Below, piece after piece: positions 1 to 11,345 of a stretch of DNA of 64,000 bases; the first letter of the stretch is position 1; each line of letters opens with the position of its first letter. The notes under the pieces were generated by a model. It was not told the origin of the DNA. It was given only the letters and a program-made list of their open reading frames with translations, and did no database searches. Made by a program: the position numbers and the translations under genes. Source of the DNA: Ylistrum balloti (taxonomy: Eukaryota); NCBI RefSeq assembly GCF_031769215.1, contig NW_026782588.1, forward strand, positions 62,001 to 126,000. Reading direction: 5' to 3'.

Positions 1-118
1 TTACAACAAAGGAAACCTTCAGACAACCGAATTCCGCTTGATCTTGCAACATTTGTAGTCATAAAAACGTAGAAAGGTGTATGCTTTCCTTCTATTTGGA
101 TTATCAGTACTCGATCAG

Positions 119-390
119 TATTATTATTATTGTGACTTTCCTAACGGCCCGTCAACACATAAAATGTCATTAGGGCCATCAACCGGTAAAACACTCAGCG
201 ATCAAAAAAAAAAAAAAAACAAAAAAACAAAAAAAGGAAATAATATCAAACTAAAAGGTAAAAGACAAATGTTAAAAATCACAAAAGATTAAAATGGTAA
301 GTCATACTCTATAATGTAGACCAACATCTTTCAGACAGCTAAAATTTTTGTAAATCTCAACAGTTTCTTTAGACTTGTAACGTTACGAGT
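119..390 (-). mobile_element. 3' end fragment of an I-group (RNase H-bearing) LINE
   Basis: (TAT)n tail plus the terminal motif AACGGCCCGTCAACACAT, shared with copies at 3720, 4225, 8562, 12557, 29723 and 58150. The 58150 copy still encodes RNase H and C-terminal motifs. Confidence 0.75.
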
Positions 391-1122
391 GAGAGGCATG
401 CAGATTACTTTGTACATATAAACGCCCATTCTCTTTTTTGACACGGATACACAAGCACCAATCCTCCATATAAATGCATTTACTTTGTGTTATGATTCAT
501 AATAAATAACTTACTGTTCTTTGTTATCGATTATATTTGGTATCAGAAATAGTAAACCGACAAAATAGAAAGTTGTTGAATTCTAGTTCTAGACACCAAC
601 ACAGTAATCCAATGAGATTAAATAGCCAGTGGAGTGTATGTCTGTGAGAGAATGTTTGAGATTCTTGCAATTGCCCTCTCGGTTAGTGCGCAAGGGTGTT
701 TAGCCACCTAAAAAGTCCGAGGTGTGCGGTCATAGGAGGTTTAGGATGGATGGTTTGTGCTGATGTGGTTGTGCTCTAATGACACGCGGTGGACCTCCCG
801 ATTGTTTTTCAGTGAGAAAACCAGTAAATACTACTGGAATATCCTGCCTCAAAGTGATCCTGACTAGTCATGGGTTGATAAATCAAGCAAAACAAAACAA
901 AACACACAAATAAAAAAATCGATATTTAACTGCTTAAAGTTTCCTATCAGACATATATAGAATAAACAACAGCATCAGACGTAATATGTCTTATTTTGTG
1001 ACACGAATTAATGGAAAGATCGGATGAGCAAAATGTATGATAGTCACATTTCAAAGTATTAAATGATTAATTCACTGTAATTGGTCACTAAAATACAACC
1101 TATTCACTAATATGTAGCTTAC

Positions 1123-1189
1123 CTGCTGAAATGAAAATGACCAGAATAATTGGAAGATACATCCTGAGTTTGCCATGTGCGACTAACAT
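1123..1189 (-). CDS. Candidate signal-peptide first exon (MLVAHGKLRMYLPIILVIFISA) of a gene running off the left edge
   Basis: ATG-initiated basic-then-hydrophobic peptide ending at a phase-1 donor G|GTAAGC. No downstream exon was found in the window, and the opposite strand is also open here. Confidence 0.35.
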
Positions 1190-1892
1190 CCCTCCAGGCA
1201 GTTTGAATCTTTTATAGAGGTTGATATACTAAAACCTAATTGCTGAGGATATCACTATCTTTAAGGACTTTGATATGTCTATTGGTGTGAGAGACCGACA
1301 AATATCAAAAGAGGAAATACCAGTAAGGCTTGTATACAGTTCTTTCATCTAGTTTTGCCATTGGTCAATAACAGCAAATATGATAAGAAGAATGGAGATG
1401 TCGGATTGTCTGCTATGTGAAACTGTTGTGCGATCAATAAGACTGGAAAGGTATAAATCATATAATAGGCTTTTCTAAGGAATGTGCCTCCCGTATAGAA
1501 TATTAGTTATAATCTGCAACTGACAGAAGAATTTTTATCCTGTTTCTAGTCCATCAGTCTATGTTACAAGCATGCACTTCACCTGGTGCGCAAGATCTTA
1601 AGAACCAGACCAAAGTCTCCGAAAATAAGACCATCTTATAGTCAATATTTTGCAGCTGATGTAAAACGGAAATCAAGGAATCAAAATATTCATTTCTGGT
1701 AGTCCAAATAAACAACACCATTCTAATAATTTACCTCTCTCATTGAGAATACTGCACTGCATGCAAAATGAACTAGGGAACATGCGAAAATCGTCTAAAT
1801 ATTTGAAATCTGAATTCTAACAACAAAAACTAAAAATATAAAAAGAGAATTAAAAATCTGAAAGATATAGTGAATGTAATTCTGAACTGAAG

Positions 1893-2066
1893 CATAAAAA
1901 TAGACTGATAAAATCATATACCAGACACCTTCATGTTAATTTTACCACTTTTAGAACTGGCCCTCTGTGTAACAGAAAAATAGACTGATAAAGTTATATA
2001 CCAGACACCTTCATGTTAACTTTACCACTTTTATAACTTGCACTGTGTGCAACATAAAAATAGACT
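1893..2066. repeat. 80-bp tandem repeat, about 2.2 copies
   Basis: CA(T/G)AAAAATAGACT recurs at 1893, 1973 and 2053. A related unit lies at about 5590-5705. Confidence 0.8.
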
Positions 2067-3719
2067 CTGCGCTCTGTGTTACTTTGTCATGTTATCAATA
2101 CTTTGTCACTTAGTTGATCTGCTACTATATTGTTAGATCGAACATTCAAAACAAATCGATCTCTGTATTCTGTGATACACTTGATGCACATTGTGGATCG
2201 TTGGCATATGTACATGTCTATCCCCGTACAACAGTTTTAATTTAGATATTCAAATATCATATACATGTAATTTTCCCCTTTCTATGCAGTTATGCTACTT
2301 TCTATGGTGTGCAGTTAAAATGGAAACAATGATTATCAAATTTAATATTACATTGGATAAGTACAAATCGATACATACATGTACCCTGACTTTTCCACCA
2401 CAGTATTTTGTTTATCAACATGTCCAGTCTACTATACGCATACTGCTATCAGACTATTTTTTCATGCATAAGTGTTATCAGTTTTCATGTCAGTGCAGAG
2501 ATTAACCTTACGATAGTCACAAACTTCTACCATTATGTTTTAACTACATATGATCATTATAAGGTTCCTTTACGCTTTAAATATTGGCCACAATAGCCTG
2601 CCTTCCCTTATGGTGTCCGTACATTCACGTGTGCTCTGTACGTTTTCGCGTACCTGTTTATATATAACTAACCTGTGCATTACACACACTGTTGCCGTCA
2701 CGAGGTCATGCGCGCTATCGTGACCAAAGCACATCGGGCTGGTCCAATATTTGTACCATGCGAAATGGAACTGTATTTGGAAATGATATGTCACATTTTT
2801 TGTCAAATTTGCAATATATTTCTGATGACCTGTCTGTAACGTAAACAGGATTGGTTTACTTTGTTTTTTTTTTTTTTTTTGATATTTTAGGGCGATGAGC
2901 TTAAATGATATGTCGCTTAAAAGCGATGAGGTCAAAGGTCATGTACTTCATTTTAATACGGGTGAGAGTGAGGAACGGTCAAAGAAAAGAGCGAGGGAAG
3001 ACAGCTTTGCTTCGGCTGACTAAACATATGTGTTTATGCATTAAGAAACAATACGTACATCTAGATGTCATAAAAAAGTGTCCAATCATACATTTAGACG
3101 GCGACAACAAAATCTTGCAACGACGAAAGAAATGATTTTTTTTTTCGTTTATCATTTCTTTTTTTAGGTTTGTCTTTGTTGACCCTTTTCTTGTTTGAAG
3201 CTGAATGTTAAAATATAATCTAAATATAAACTTGTTGGTGTGACGCGTCAATTAATGCTGGCGCATGCACACTCCCTCCAAACAACAGCAGATATCAAAT
3301 GACTTTGCAGCAGTAGAAGTGTCATTCTGTCCATATTATTGACTCGCAGAGCTACCGACTCACCAACTAATCACCGATCTACCGCCTCATCGATCCATCA
3401 TTCCGTGCTACCACTGGTGAGTTAAAATCCAGGTTATGATAGGTGTTTTTGATCACGCTACTACAGCTGTTAAAAGAAATATGTATCTACAGAGATGAAA
3501 ATCTAGGACACTCGGTATGTTATAAAACATGTCGGTGGGTCTGTCAACTCACCCGTCCGCCCATGTAAAGTTTGTTTTTCGAGAACCCTTGGGCAACATA
3601 CATGGTACAAATCACAGAATACAGTATATGTAAGAGTATACCGTGTACGTGGTGAGTTATACCTTGAACATGGTACAGTATATGGGATTGCAGCTGAGAA
3701 AATGACCCTTAGAACATAG

Positions 3720-4200
3720 GATTATTATCATTGCTACAGTCTTAACGGCCCGTCAACACATCAAAGGTCATTAAGGCCATCAACCGGTAAAATGCACTGT
3801 GATCCAAAACGGAAATAACATCAAACAAATTAAAAGGTAAAAGACAAATGCTTAAAATCTCAAATGGTTATATTATCACAAAAGATTGAAATGGTTAGTC
3901 ATATTCTATAATATAGACCAACATCTTTCAGACAACTAGAATTTTATGAATCTCAACAGTTTCAAAAAGATCTTTAGACTTGTAACGTTGCGATAAAAAA
4001 AATTCTCGAGTAGACAGAAGGTCAATGTAGTTCAACAAAAAATGTTTAACGGTGAATGACTCATCACATCCTATGCACCGAGGGTTATCTTCGTCCTTCA
4101 ACATATATGAATGTGTAAGGTATGTATGGCCAATCCGAAGACGGGCAAGGACAACTTCGTCTCGGTGATTGTCTCTATAACAATGGAGACCATTCACCGA
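3720..4200 (-). mobile_element. I-group LINE 3' fragment (C-terminal coding region plus 3' UTR)
   Basis: ORF 3928-4197 reads DEVVLARLRIGHTYLTHSYMLKDEDNPRCIGCDESFTVKHFLL, the C-terminal Cys/His region typical of I-group LINEs. The tail is at 3720. Confidence 0.85.
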
Positions 4201-4224
4201 TGACAGATTTTACAGAGTGCAATT

Positions 4225-4360
4225 TATCAATTATTTATCAATCATTTAATAGTTTGTTTGATGTTATTTCCTTTTGGAATTCTGTGTTTTTCACCGGTTA
4301 ATGGCCCTAATTACCTTTTTTTGTGTTGACGGGCCGATAAGATTGTAATAATAATAATAA
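4225..4360 (+). mobile_element. I-group LINE 3' UTR fragment, opposite orientation to its neighbour
   Basis: Ends GTGTTGACGGGCCGATAAGATTG(TAA)n. It is the reverse complement of about 3720-3835. Confidence 0.8.
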
Positions 4361-4499
4361 TACTGAATATTATAAAGGAATTTAAAAATTCAAAAACGGA
4401 ATTGTCAGAACCAGTTATATATTTAAATTCAATTACCAAAACAAAACTCTTTCCGTTGTTTTTTTTTATATTTACAATTGTTCCTTATGGAAGTTTTTA

Positions 4500-5220
4500 A
4501 TCTTTTTCATTTTGATATTGAGCTTGTCACGCTCATGGAACAAATATGATGACTGACCCGAAATAAAGGGCACATTCTTGTCTACAATATGGTGGCAGAC
4601 AAACACTTTGAACAAAGTCAAAGGTATAATCAACATGCTAGAGATCTTGTGATTGAGTATGTGGATTCTCCTGCTTTTCAGTAGCTGCTTCCACACATTT
4701 TTGATAGAAGAATGTCCTCTCCTTTTGAGAAGAATGAATATGTTCAGTTAAGTCAGGTATTGCTTCCTGTATTTGCGTGAGGGGAAATATACTAACTAGC
4801 GTTTAATACAAACTGATCAAAGCAATATACAAAATTTTCTGTAATTAGTTAAGTGTATGCTAATCGTGAAATAGAGGAACTGTCCCACCTTCCATACAGG
4901 AGCTAGGTGCTAATATATAATTGTATTTCAACTGCTATATTGCATTCAAACTCAACTGGTATTACATCTGTTACTTCTAATAAACATATGCAATTTTTCA
5001 GGGTTTAGAATTATAGACATTTACTCTGCGTTTATGGTCCAGATATATATCTGGCAGCTGTGACAAACATCAGTTCGGTTTGTCATGAATGTGATGTGAG
5101 GTAAAACTGTACAGATTTCAAAATCTACTAAAGGAAAAACTTCACACGATGATGAAATCCAAGGCAAATAAGTCTCATGAATTATTCACATCAAGCAAAA
5201 TGATTTTTACTAAATAGTAT
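4500..5220 (-). pseudogene. Decayed Sola-like DDE transposase remnant
   Basis: Minus-strand translation gives LPHITFMTNRTDVCHSC (5054-5089). After an acceptor at 4766 it gives EHIHSSQKERTFFYQKCVEAA...*HVDYTFDFVQSVCLP...LYF, resembling the Sola F..P..D.C..C and FD.Q.V.LP...LYF motifs. In-frame stops are present. Family assignment is from recalled motifs, not a search. Confidence 0.6.
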
Positions 5221-6165
5221 TTATTATGATGAATATCTTTTAACCGATACCACATACAAGTACTAGTACACTGATTATAAAGAAATGATAACTAAACTTT
5301 TCTCAGTTTACCTCAGCTCACCTTCGAAATGATGTTCCAGACATTGGTCTGGACTCACAAGCAGACACATAATGTTGATGGACAGTCTTGTAGAACAGTA
5401 CCTGGGATGTATATTGGTGGTATATCATCCCAGCCCCTGGATACAGCAGACTGTGGAAGTGCTCTTTCCTCAGCAAACCTTCATTCAAAATAGTATAATT
5501 GATTAAAGTGAAAACCTTGCCTATGATAAAATAGTAATATATGATAAAATATATGATAAAATTGCCTGTGATAAAATACACTAATTAAGTTTCATACCAG
5601 GGACCATCATATTAACGTTACCACTATTAGAACTGGCACTCTGTGCAACATAGAAATAGACTAACAAAGTCCCAGACAGGGACCATCATATCAACGTAAC
5701 CGTTATCAGTGTCCTGTGAAATAGGTAACAGTCATTCATTAATCTGAACTTTGAACTGGGACATCAATTATGGATTTCCCAAATTTTCCCCGCTTTCATT
5801 TCCTATGTGGTAAGGTCGCTTTCCTCAGTTGCTGGCCCATATATGACATTGCAAGTATACATATTTTAAAGGATACAGAAATATTATACAAGATACAGAG
5901 TACACTACATAGTACAATGTATAGGTACAGTATATATTGCTCGGAATAAGCTATATAGTGTGCAGGCTAGCATACAATGTACAGGGTACAGTATATAGGC
6001 AAATTGTACAGTATACGATATCAAGGTTTCAATATTTTTCCATGAAATACCTGTATTCTTTATATATTATGTACAGGATAAAGTATACTGGTTCAGTATG
6101 TAGTATATAGGATACAGGATAGAGGTAGAATATGTCTGTACAAAGGACCGTTTAGGGTACAGTTC

Positions 6166-6705
6166 TAGCTCACCTGGTCTGAAGGACGCTGCAGCCGTCG
6201 TCCTTCAAGTTTTTTCCTCAATTGCTACCTGTCATCAGCTAATAAGCAGACCTTGACCAACTTTGGGGGAAGGTAAACTAATTTTATACTCTTGTCTCGA
6301 TCCCCTAGGATAGGAGGAGAGGGACGTGGACTGGTCCAATATGGTAATAGAACAAATTCTTTAATATCCTTTTTTTATGGGAGTGCCTTGATTCTATTCC
6401 AATTAGACCTGAATGCATACCTGGAGGACAGGAACCCCATTTTGTATAATCCAGGAATGTGACCCCTCCCACTGTCGAGGCTAAGGTGTGGAGTTAAATG
6501 AGGTAATATAGTGAAGTCCTTTAAAATCCTTCCGTAGAAGGATATTGTCCATGTTTTGTATAAAATGGGACGAAATTTTTCAAATCGTGGACCGGGGCCA
6601 AATAGGGGAATTATTTCAGAAATTAAGTAATTTTTAAATTATTTGTCAAATGACTGTATAGCTGCTTTAGCCGGGTGAACGATGCAGACACCTTGGACCT
6701 GATGT
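6166..6705 (+). mobile_element. Non-autonomous Helentron-associated (HINE-like) element, decayed
   Basis: Starts TAGCTCACCTGG and has an inverted sub-terminal copy CCGGGTGAACGA (6671-6682) followed by a decayed hairpin. Same layout as 11346-11933. Confidence 0.6.
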
Positions 6706-8561
6706 ACAATAGGCAGTAGCGGATTACCGGGTAGAATACTGCAAAGAGTATACCGTATACGTGGTATAGCATATAGGATGAAGGTTACAGTGTACATGGC
6801 ACAGATTACAGTAAACAGGGAAGTTTACCAGGTACTTGGTATACTATATAGGGTGCAGGATACAGTATTCATGGAATAGTATACATATGCAAGACCATGA
6901 ACCAGAAAACACGAGTTTGAGGACGAACATATTCATGAGTGCACATATATACGTCCGTGAACATAAACGAGTGTTTTCTGGTTCTCACTTACCCTCCTTA
7001 TTTTATAAACGAACACAAACTTTTTTTGCATATAACGAGAACTTTTCATTTCGCCTCGTCTATCAGAAACCGGTTTGACTAGTTTCCGCGACACCTTCCC
7101 GCACGTCAGAGAGAGAATGAAAAAAAAAATTGTCACAGACTTTCTCTATGGTACATGTAGTTACCTTGTAAAACAGATACTCCATAAGTACAACACAGAT
7201 TTCAACTTTTGATATGGTAAAGATTTCTTTTTCAAATAATTGGAAATAATTCATTTTTATATAAGAAATATCCACAATATGAAAGTAAATTCTCACATCT
7301 CACGATCTCGCTGCATGACGTCGCTGTCACGTGGTGGAATTTCTATTGTTCCAAATAACTGAATTAGGACAATATCAATGTTTGTGTTCTGTAAAACTGA
7401 TACTGAATGTTAGAATGGTGTTCGGTTTGTTTTATATTTTGGATCAAAACAAGTGAAAAAACAGGATCTGAAGGATTTGACTTTAGCTTAATTGTGTATT
7501 GCAAAGCCAATTTATTACGACTGATACAAAGTGATAGTCCGTTAGACTGTACATAGAGGCTTGCTGTAGGGCATAATCTTAATACTTTCCTAGTGTCTGA
7601 CCTAGGTGGAGGCTGAATCCATTGTTGGACTCTTAATGCACCCCTCTATTTCTTAGAGATACAAGAAGTATAAGTATGGAATCACGTCCGCGTCGATATT
7701 TCAGATGAGAGGGAAGGGGCCAAAGGGAGGCGGAACACACGATGCGGTGATTGTAAATGTGAATTAATTGTAATCCCCGTCAACATTGCCAACCATTGTT
7801 ATTGTAAACAAAGCCCACTCAGGCGTCTGCAGCCTAATGTAAGAAGACAACTTAAGATTAAATGCCTACTTTCGGTGGTTTTTTTTCATCTGTCTTCAAA
7901 AAGCCATTTAGTAACAGTTTTAGCTTGGTATTTTAAGTTGAAAAATCCTTTCTTGTTTACTTCATAATTTATAAATTGGAAAAATGTGAAAACTTTCAAA
8001 AAAAATTAATCAATGCAATACATTGGCATTTTACGTTTCCCTTGAAAGGTAGGTCCCGCTAGTATGTAATTACAACTTTCTGTATAGTACTATAACAATG
8101 TAATATAAGGTATTGCTAATTACACAGTATATAGGTCAAAGCATTCAATGTATAGAATTCAGAATACACCATACAGGATATAATATACAATATATAGGGT
8201 ATATTTATTGGAAACATATACTACTTGTACATACAAGTTTCAATTTGCATTTGCAGCATTTTTTGGTAATAGATTCCAAACGCTTAATGTTTACAATCAC
8301 ACTTCAACCAGAGTAAACGTAACTGGTCAAATGTGGATAACTCATTGTTTCGGTATCTACCATGTTGCCAAAGTTGAATTATGTAAAATGAGTGTTTACA
8401 CTAGAAGCCACAAAAATGATATATCAATTTAAAAAAATCAGTATTTTGATAACACAGAACAAGAAGAGGAGCATCACAACAAACATTAAAGTTTATTCAG
8501 CGGGATAAGTATCATGTACTACACAAACTGTTATATGTATACTTTGAAAGTTTCGAAAATA

Positions 8562-8618
8562 ACGTTTTATGTGTTGACGGGCCCTTAAGATAGGAATGAT
8601 GGTAATGATAATGATAAT
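8562..8618 (+). mobile_element. 57-bp 5'-truncated I-group LINE tail with 12-bp target-site duplication
   Basis: GTGTTGACGGGCCCTTAAGA plus a (TAA/TGA)n tail, flanked by the direct repeat GTTTCGAAAATA at 8550-8561 and 8619-8630. Confidence 0.8.
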
Positions 8619-8689
8619 GTTTCGAAAATACATATATGATTTTAATAAAATCAAAATTGATTTATATGTTTAAGCTGGCCGTAAGAAAT

Positions 8690-9673
8690 ATGTCCGAATT
8701 AAACCCAGTTCCGGTTGTTGATCTCAGCAGATCCAGGACTCACCGATTGGAGGAGGCCATGAACGTTGTGAATGGTCTGGAGAAGGTCGGTTTTTTGTTT
8801 GTGGATAATATCAGAAATTATTACCCTGATCAGCTGATGACCTGCTGTAAATGGTTCTTTCATCAAGAAGCAGCTGTGAAAAATGACATCACTAAGAAAA
8901 TTTGGAACAGAAATAACAACAACATCTACCGAGGATATTTTCCTGTCATAGAAAACCAAGCCAGTAGGAAAGAAGGCTTTGAGTTCGCGAAAGATATTGA
9001 CTGGAGTAGTGCCACAGTATCTCCAGATAACTGGTTTTATGAAACATCGGTTTGGCCCAAAGAAGATGGGAAGTTTCCTTTTCGACAATTTCTTATGGAG
9101 TTTTACGACACCATGCACGAGACGGCAATGGAGCTTCTTCGTTTAACTGCTGTGGGTTTGGGACTTGAAGAAAATTCTTTTACGGAAATGTTTTCTTACA
9201 ACCCTTGCTCCACATTACGCCTTCAGCACTATCCGCCATGGGAGTGCGAACCACCAGGCACTGCGCGGACAGAGGACGGACGGCTGGTTACGACACCGGA
9301 ACACACAGACTCTGGTTTTCTCACTCTTCTATCAACGTTCTCATTTCCAGGTTTGGAATATATTTCGCAGAACGGTGCATGGGTTCCGGTCAAACCTCGA
9401 CCTAGGAGTCTCGTTGTGAACATCGGAGATCTGTTCTCTTGCATGGTTGGAGGACGTTTCAGAGCAACGCGACATCGTGTTATGGATATTGCCATCGATC
9501 GCTATTCTGTGCCTTTTTTCCTTGAGCCAAATTATGATACAGAAGTCGATTTTGATTTAATCAAGCGTAGAGCAGGAGAGGAGAATTCTACTGGTAAAAA
9601 ATATGGACCATGGGTCATGGCACAAATGGCCAAAAAGGGTTTTTATGAGTTCGCTTCTTTACCAAAATTTTAA
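8690..9673 (+). CDS. 2-oxoglutarate/Fe(II)-dependent dioxygenase, IPNS-like family (DIOX_N + 2OG-FeII_Oxy), about 327 aa, uninterrupted CDS
   Basis: N-terminal VPVVDLS...GFLFV and RGY segment; HTD iron-binding motif (PEHTDSGFLTLL); distal His (RATRHRV); RxS co-substrate motif (DRYSVPFFLEP). The ORF is open from 8636, but ATG 8690 follows a candidate acceptor (TTTAAG, 8674) in AAAT-ATG context, so I prefer it as the start. Confidence 0.92.
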   Translation: MSELNPVPVVDLSRSRTHRLEEAMNVVNGLEKVGFLFVDNIRNYYPDQLMTCCKWFFHQEAAVKNDITKKIWNRNNNNIYRGYFPVIENQASRKEGFEFAKDIDWSSATVSPDNWFYETSVWPKEDGKFPFRQFLMEFYDTMHETAMELLRLTAVGLGLEENSFTEMFSYNPCSTLRLQHYPPWECEPPGTARTEDGRLVTTPEHTDSGFLTLLSTFSFPGLEYISQNGAWVPVKPRPRSLVVNIGDLFSCMVGGRFRATRHRVMDIAIDRYSVPFFLEPNYDTEVDFDLIKRRAGEENSTGKKYGPWVMAQMAKKGFYEFASLPKF

Positions 9674-9739
9674 TTACTAACAGATCAGATTTACGTTGTA
9701 TACATATCGCTGGCATATGGCATCTTATTTAGATATTAT

Positions 9740-10130
9740 GATATATATCAGTGACTGTGTTGATCTGTTTGAATTCATGATATTCTTTTTATCATCGACC
9801 TCGATGTTCTGATCGAAAGTTCGTTATATTTTCAACATTACTGACTCCGTTCTTCTGATGGAAATATCATACTGTTCTAGATATCACTGACGTTTTTTTT
9901 CTTCTGGTTAAAAAATCATAATATTAAATACATCACTGACTGTGTTCTGATCGAAATTCATCAGATTTTAGATATATCACTGACTGAGGTGTTTTGATCG
10001 AAATTCGTAATATTCCAGATATCAAATGACTTCGCTGTTCTGATTGAAATTCATAATAATCTAGATATCAATGACTGTGTAATTCTGATAGGAATCTATA
10101 ATATTCTAGACATTACTGACTTACTGATTT
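9740..10130. repeat. Degenerate ~42-45 bp minisatellite just 3' of the dioxygenase stop
   Basis: GATATCACTGAC...TTCTGATCGAAATTC variants at about 9880, 9932, 9974, 10019, 10064 and 10109. Confidence 0.75.
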
Positions 10131-10419
10131 AAATATCTTAACATTCTTGTAACATGATCATGCAATGAAGGTTCTCTAAATAACATCAATTTTGATTTTA
10201 TTTCAATAGAAGGATTCAGCTGAAACTTGCCTTGCCTGACCAAGTGTAACTTTTTTGGTAAGTCCGAAATTCAATTAGGTCGTTATGTCTGAAATATTAA
10301 AAAGAAAAAAAAAATTATCATTATTATCATTGGGAAATGACGCCGATAAAATGTTTCGTGGCAGTGAGTTAAAAATTTGCGGGGAAAGGACTAAAGTGAA
10401 AAATGATTTCTCATTTGAG

Positions 10420-10580
10420 AACGTGACATTACTTACTTTGATTGACCAAGGTTTACATGGCGGGTGTCGTTGATAAAGCAGAAGACGCATACTCTTCCGG
10501 GTCATCTGGTCTTATTTCCCTTATACTTTTTCAGTAGTTTCCGTGTAAACCTTTCTTTTGTTCATATTTTACCCTAGTTT
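10420..10580 (+). mobile_element. 3' non-coding remnant of a Penelope-like element family
   Basis: GAGAACGTGACATT...GCAGAAGACGCATACTCTTCCGG...CTTTTGTTCATATTTT is shared with about 53490-53585, where it follows the RT C-terminal remnant, and with the copies inside the tandem units. Confidence 0.6.
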
Positions 10581-11345
10581 TAAGGAAATTTGATTTCGAA
10601 TTATGATTATGTTGGCATGTTGGTATTTTCTTGGAAATTTTTACTCCAACACTTATTTTGCAATGTCAATGTATTTTTATGGAGTTCGCACTGTTCTTGT
10701 GAAGAAGTTGCTGATTAAGAACGTGTGTTAATAAAGGCAGTATTTTCTCTATGTGTACATTGTGTGGTTCACACAGATGTGGGAAAGTATATGTAGACAC
10801 ATGATGATTTATCAATACACTCGAATACATATACACAATCGTAATTGAAAGTTTTTCGTTCACAAAGTGTCGCACGTATATACACTTATTATACATGTAC
10901 ATACATGATATACATGTGTGAAAACATTAAATGGATGACATTTTGTCTCGGAAATGAAGCATCTAAAATCTCGTAATGTCAGAAAGGGAGTTTGATTTTT
11001 ATAACTTCTGTATTACTTTCATTTTGTTAACAAAAATATATATACTCAGGAAAGTGTTGTGTTTTTCCAAGGTAGATCTGAAAAATAAAGATCCGGACGA
11101 GCCACATATATAGTCGTATACAGGTAGTTTTGTTGCCTGAGGTACACCACTCGTTGCCTTCTGAGATGTTAAACGATACGATAGAACAATACTAATAAGT
11201 GTAGGGGTCGAGTGTTATTTCAAAAACTATCGTATTGAAAATAATTAATATTCACCGATCAATTTTAATATGTCTGTGATCGCTATTTAGTCAATATCAC
11301 ACGAGTTATCTGTTTAATTTTTAATCTGTTGTATCAGCCATCCAG

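Noticed and set aside
77-292. 71-aa Lys-rich ORF
   Set aside because: Antisense read-through of a LINE 3' UTR and a poly-A run; no coding signature.
2630-3270. CpG-richer segment with small hairpins, a possible MITE
   Set aside because: No terminal inverted repeats or TSD could be defined.
5850-6130. Degenerate GTACAGTATATAGG-type repeats (also ~3600, 6720-6890 and 8080-8220)
   Set aside because: Low-complexity simple repeats without a stable period; nothing beyond ordinary.
8636-8689. Longer N-terminus of the dioxygenase (MILIKSKLIYMFKLAVRN)
   Set aside because: AT-rich and intron-like, ending in a plausible acceptor. Family similarity begins only after Met 8690. Not excluded, but disfavoured.
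8699-9495. Overlapping alternative-frame and antisense ORFs (139, 84, 66 and 88 aa)
   Set aside because: Shadows of the real dioxygenase CDS.
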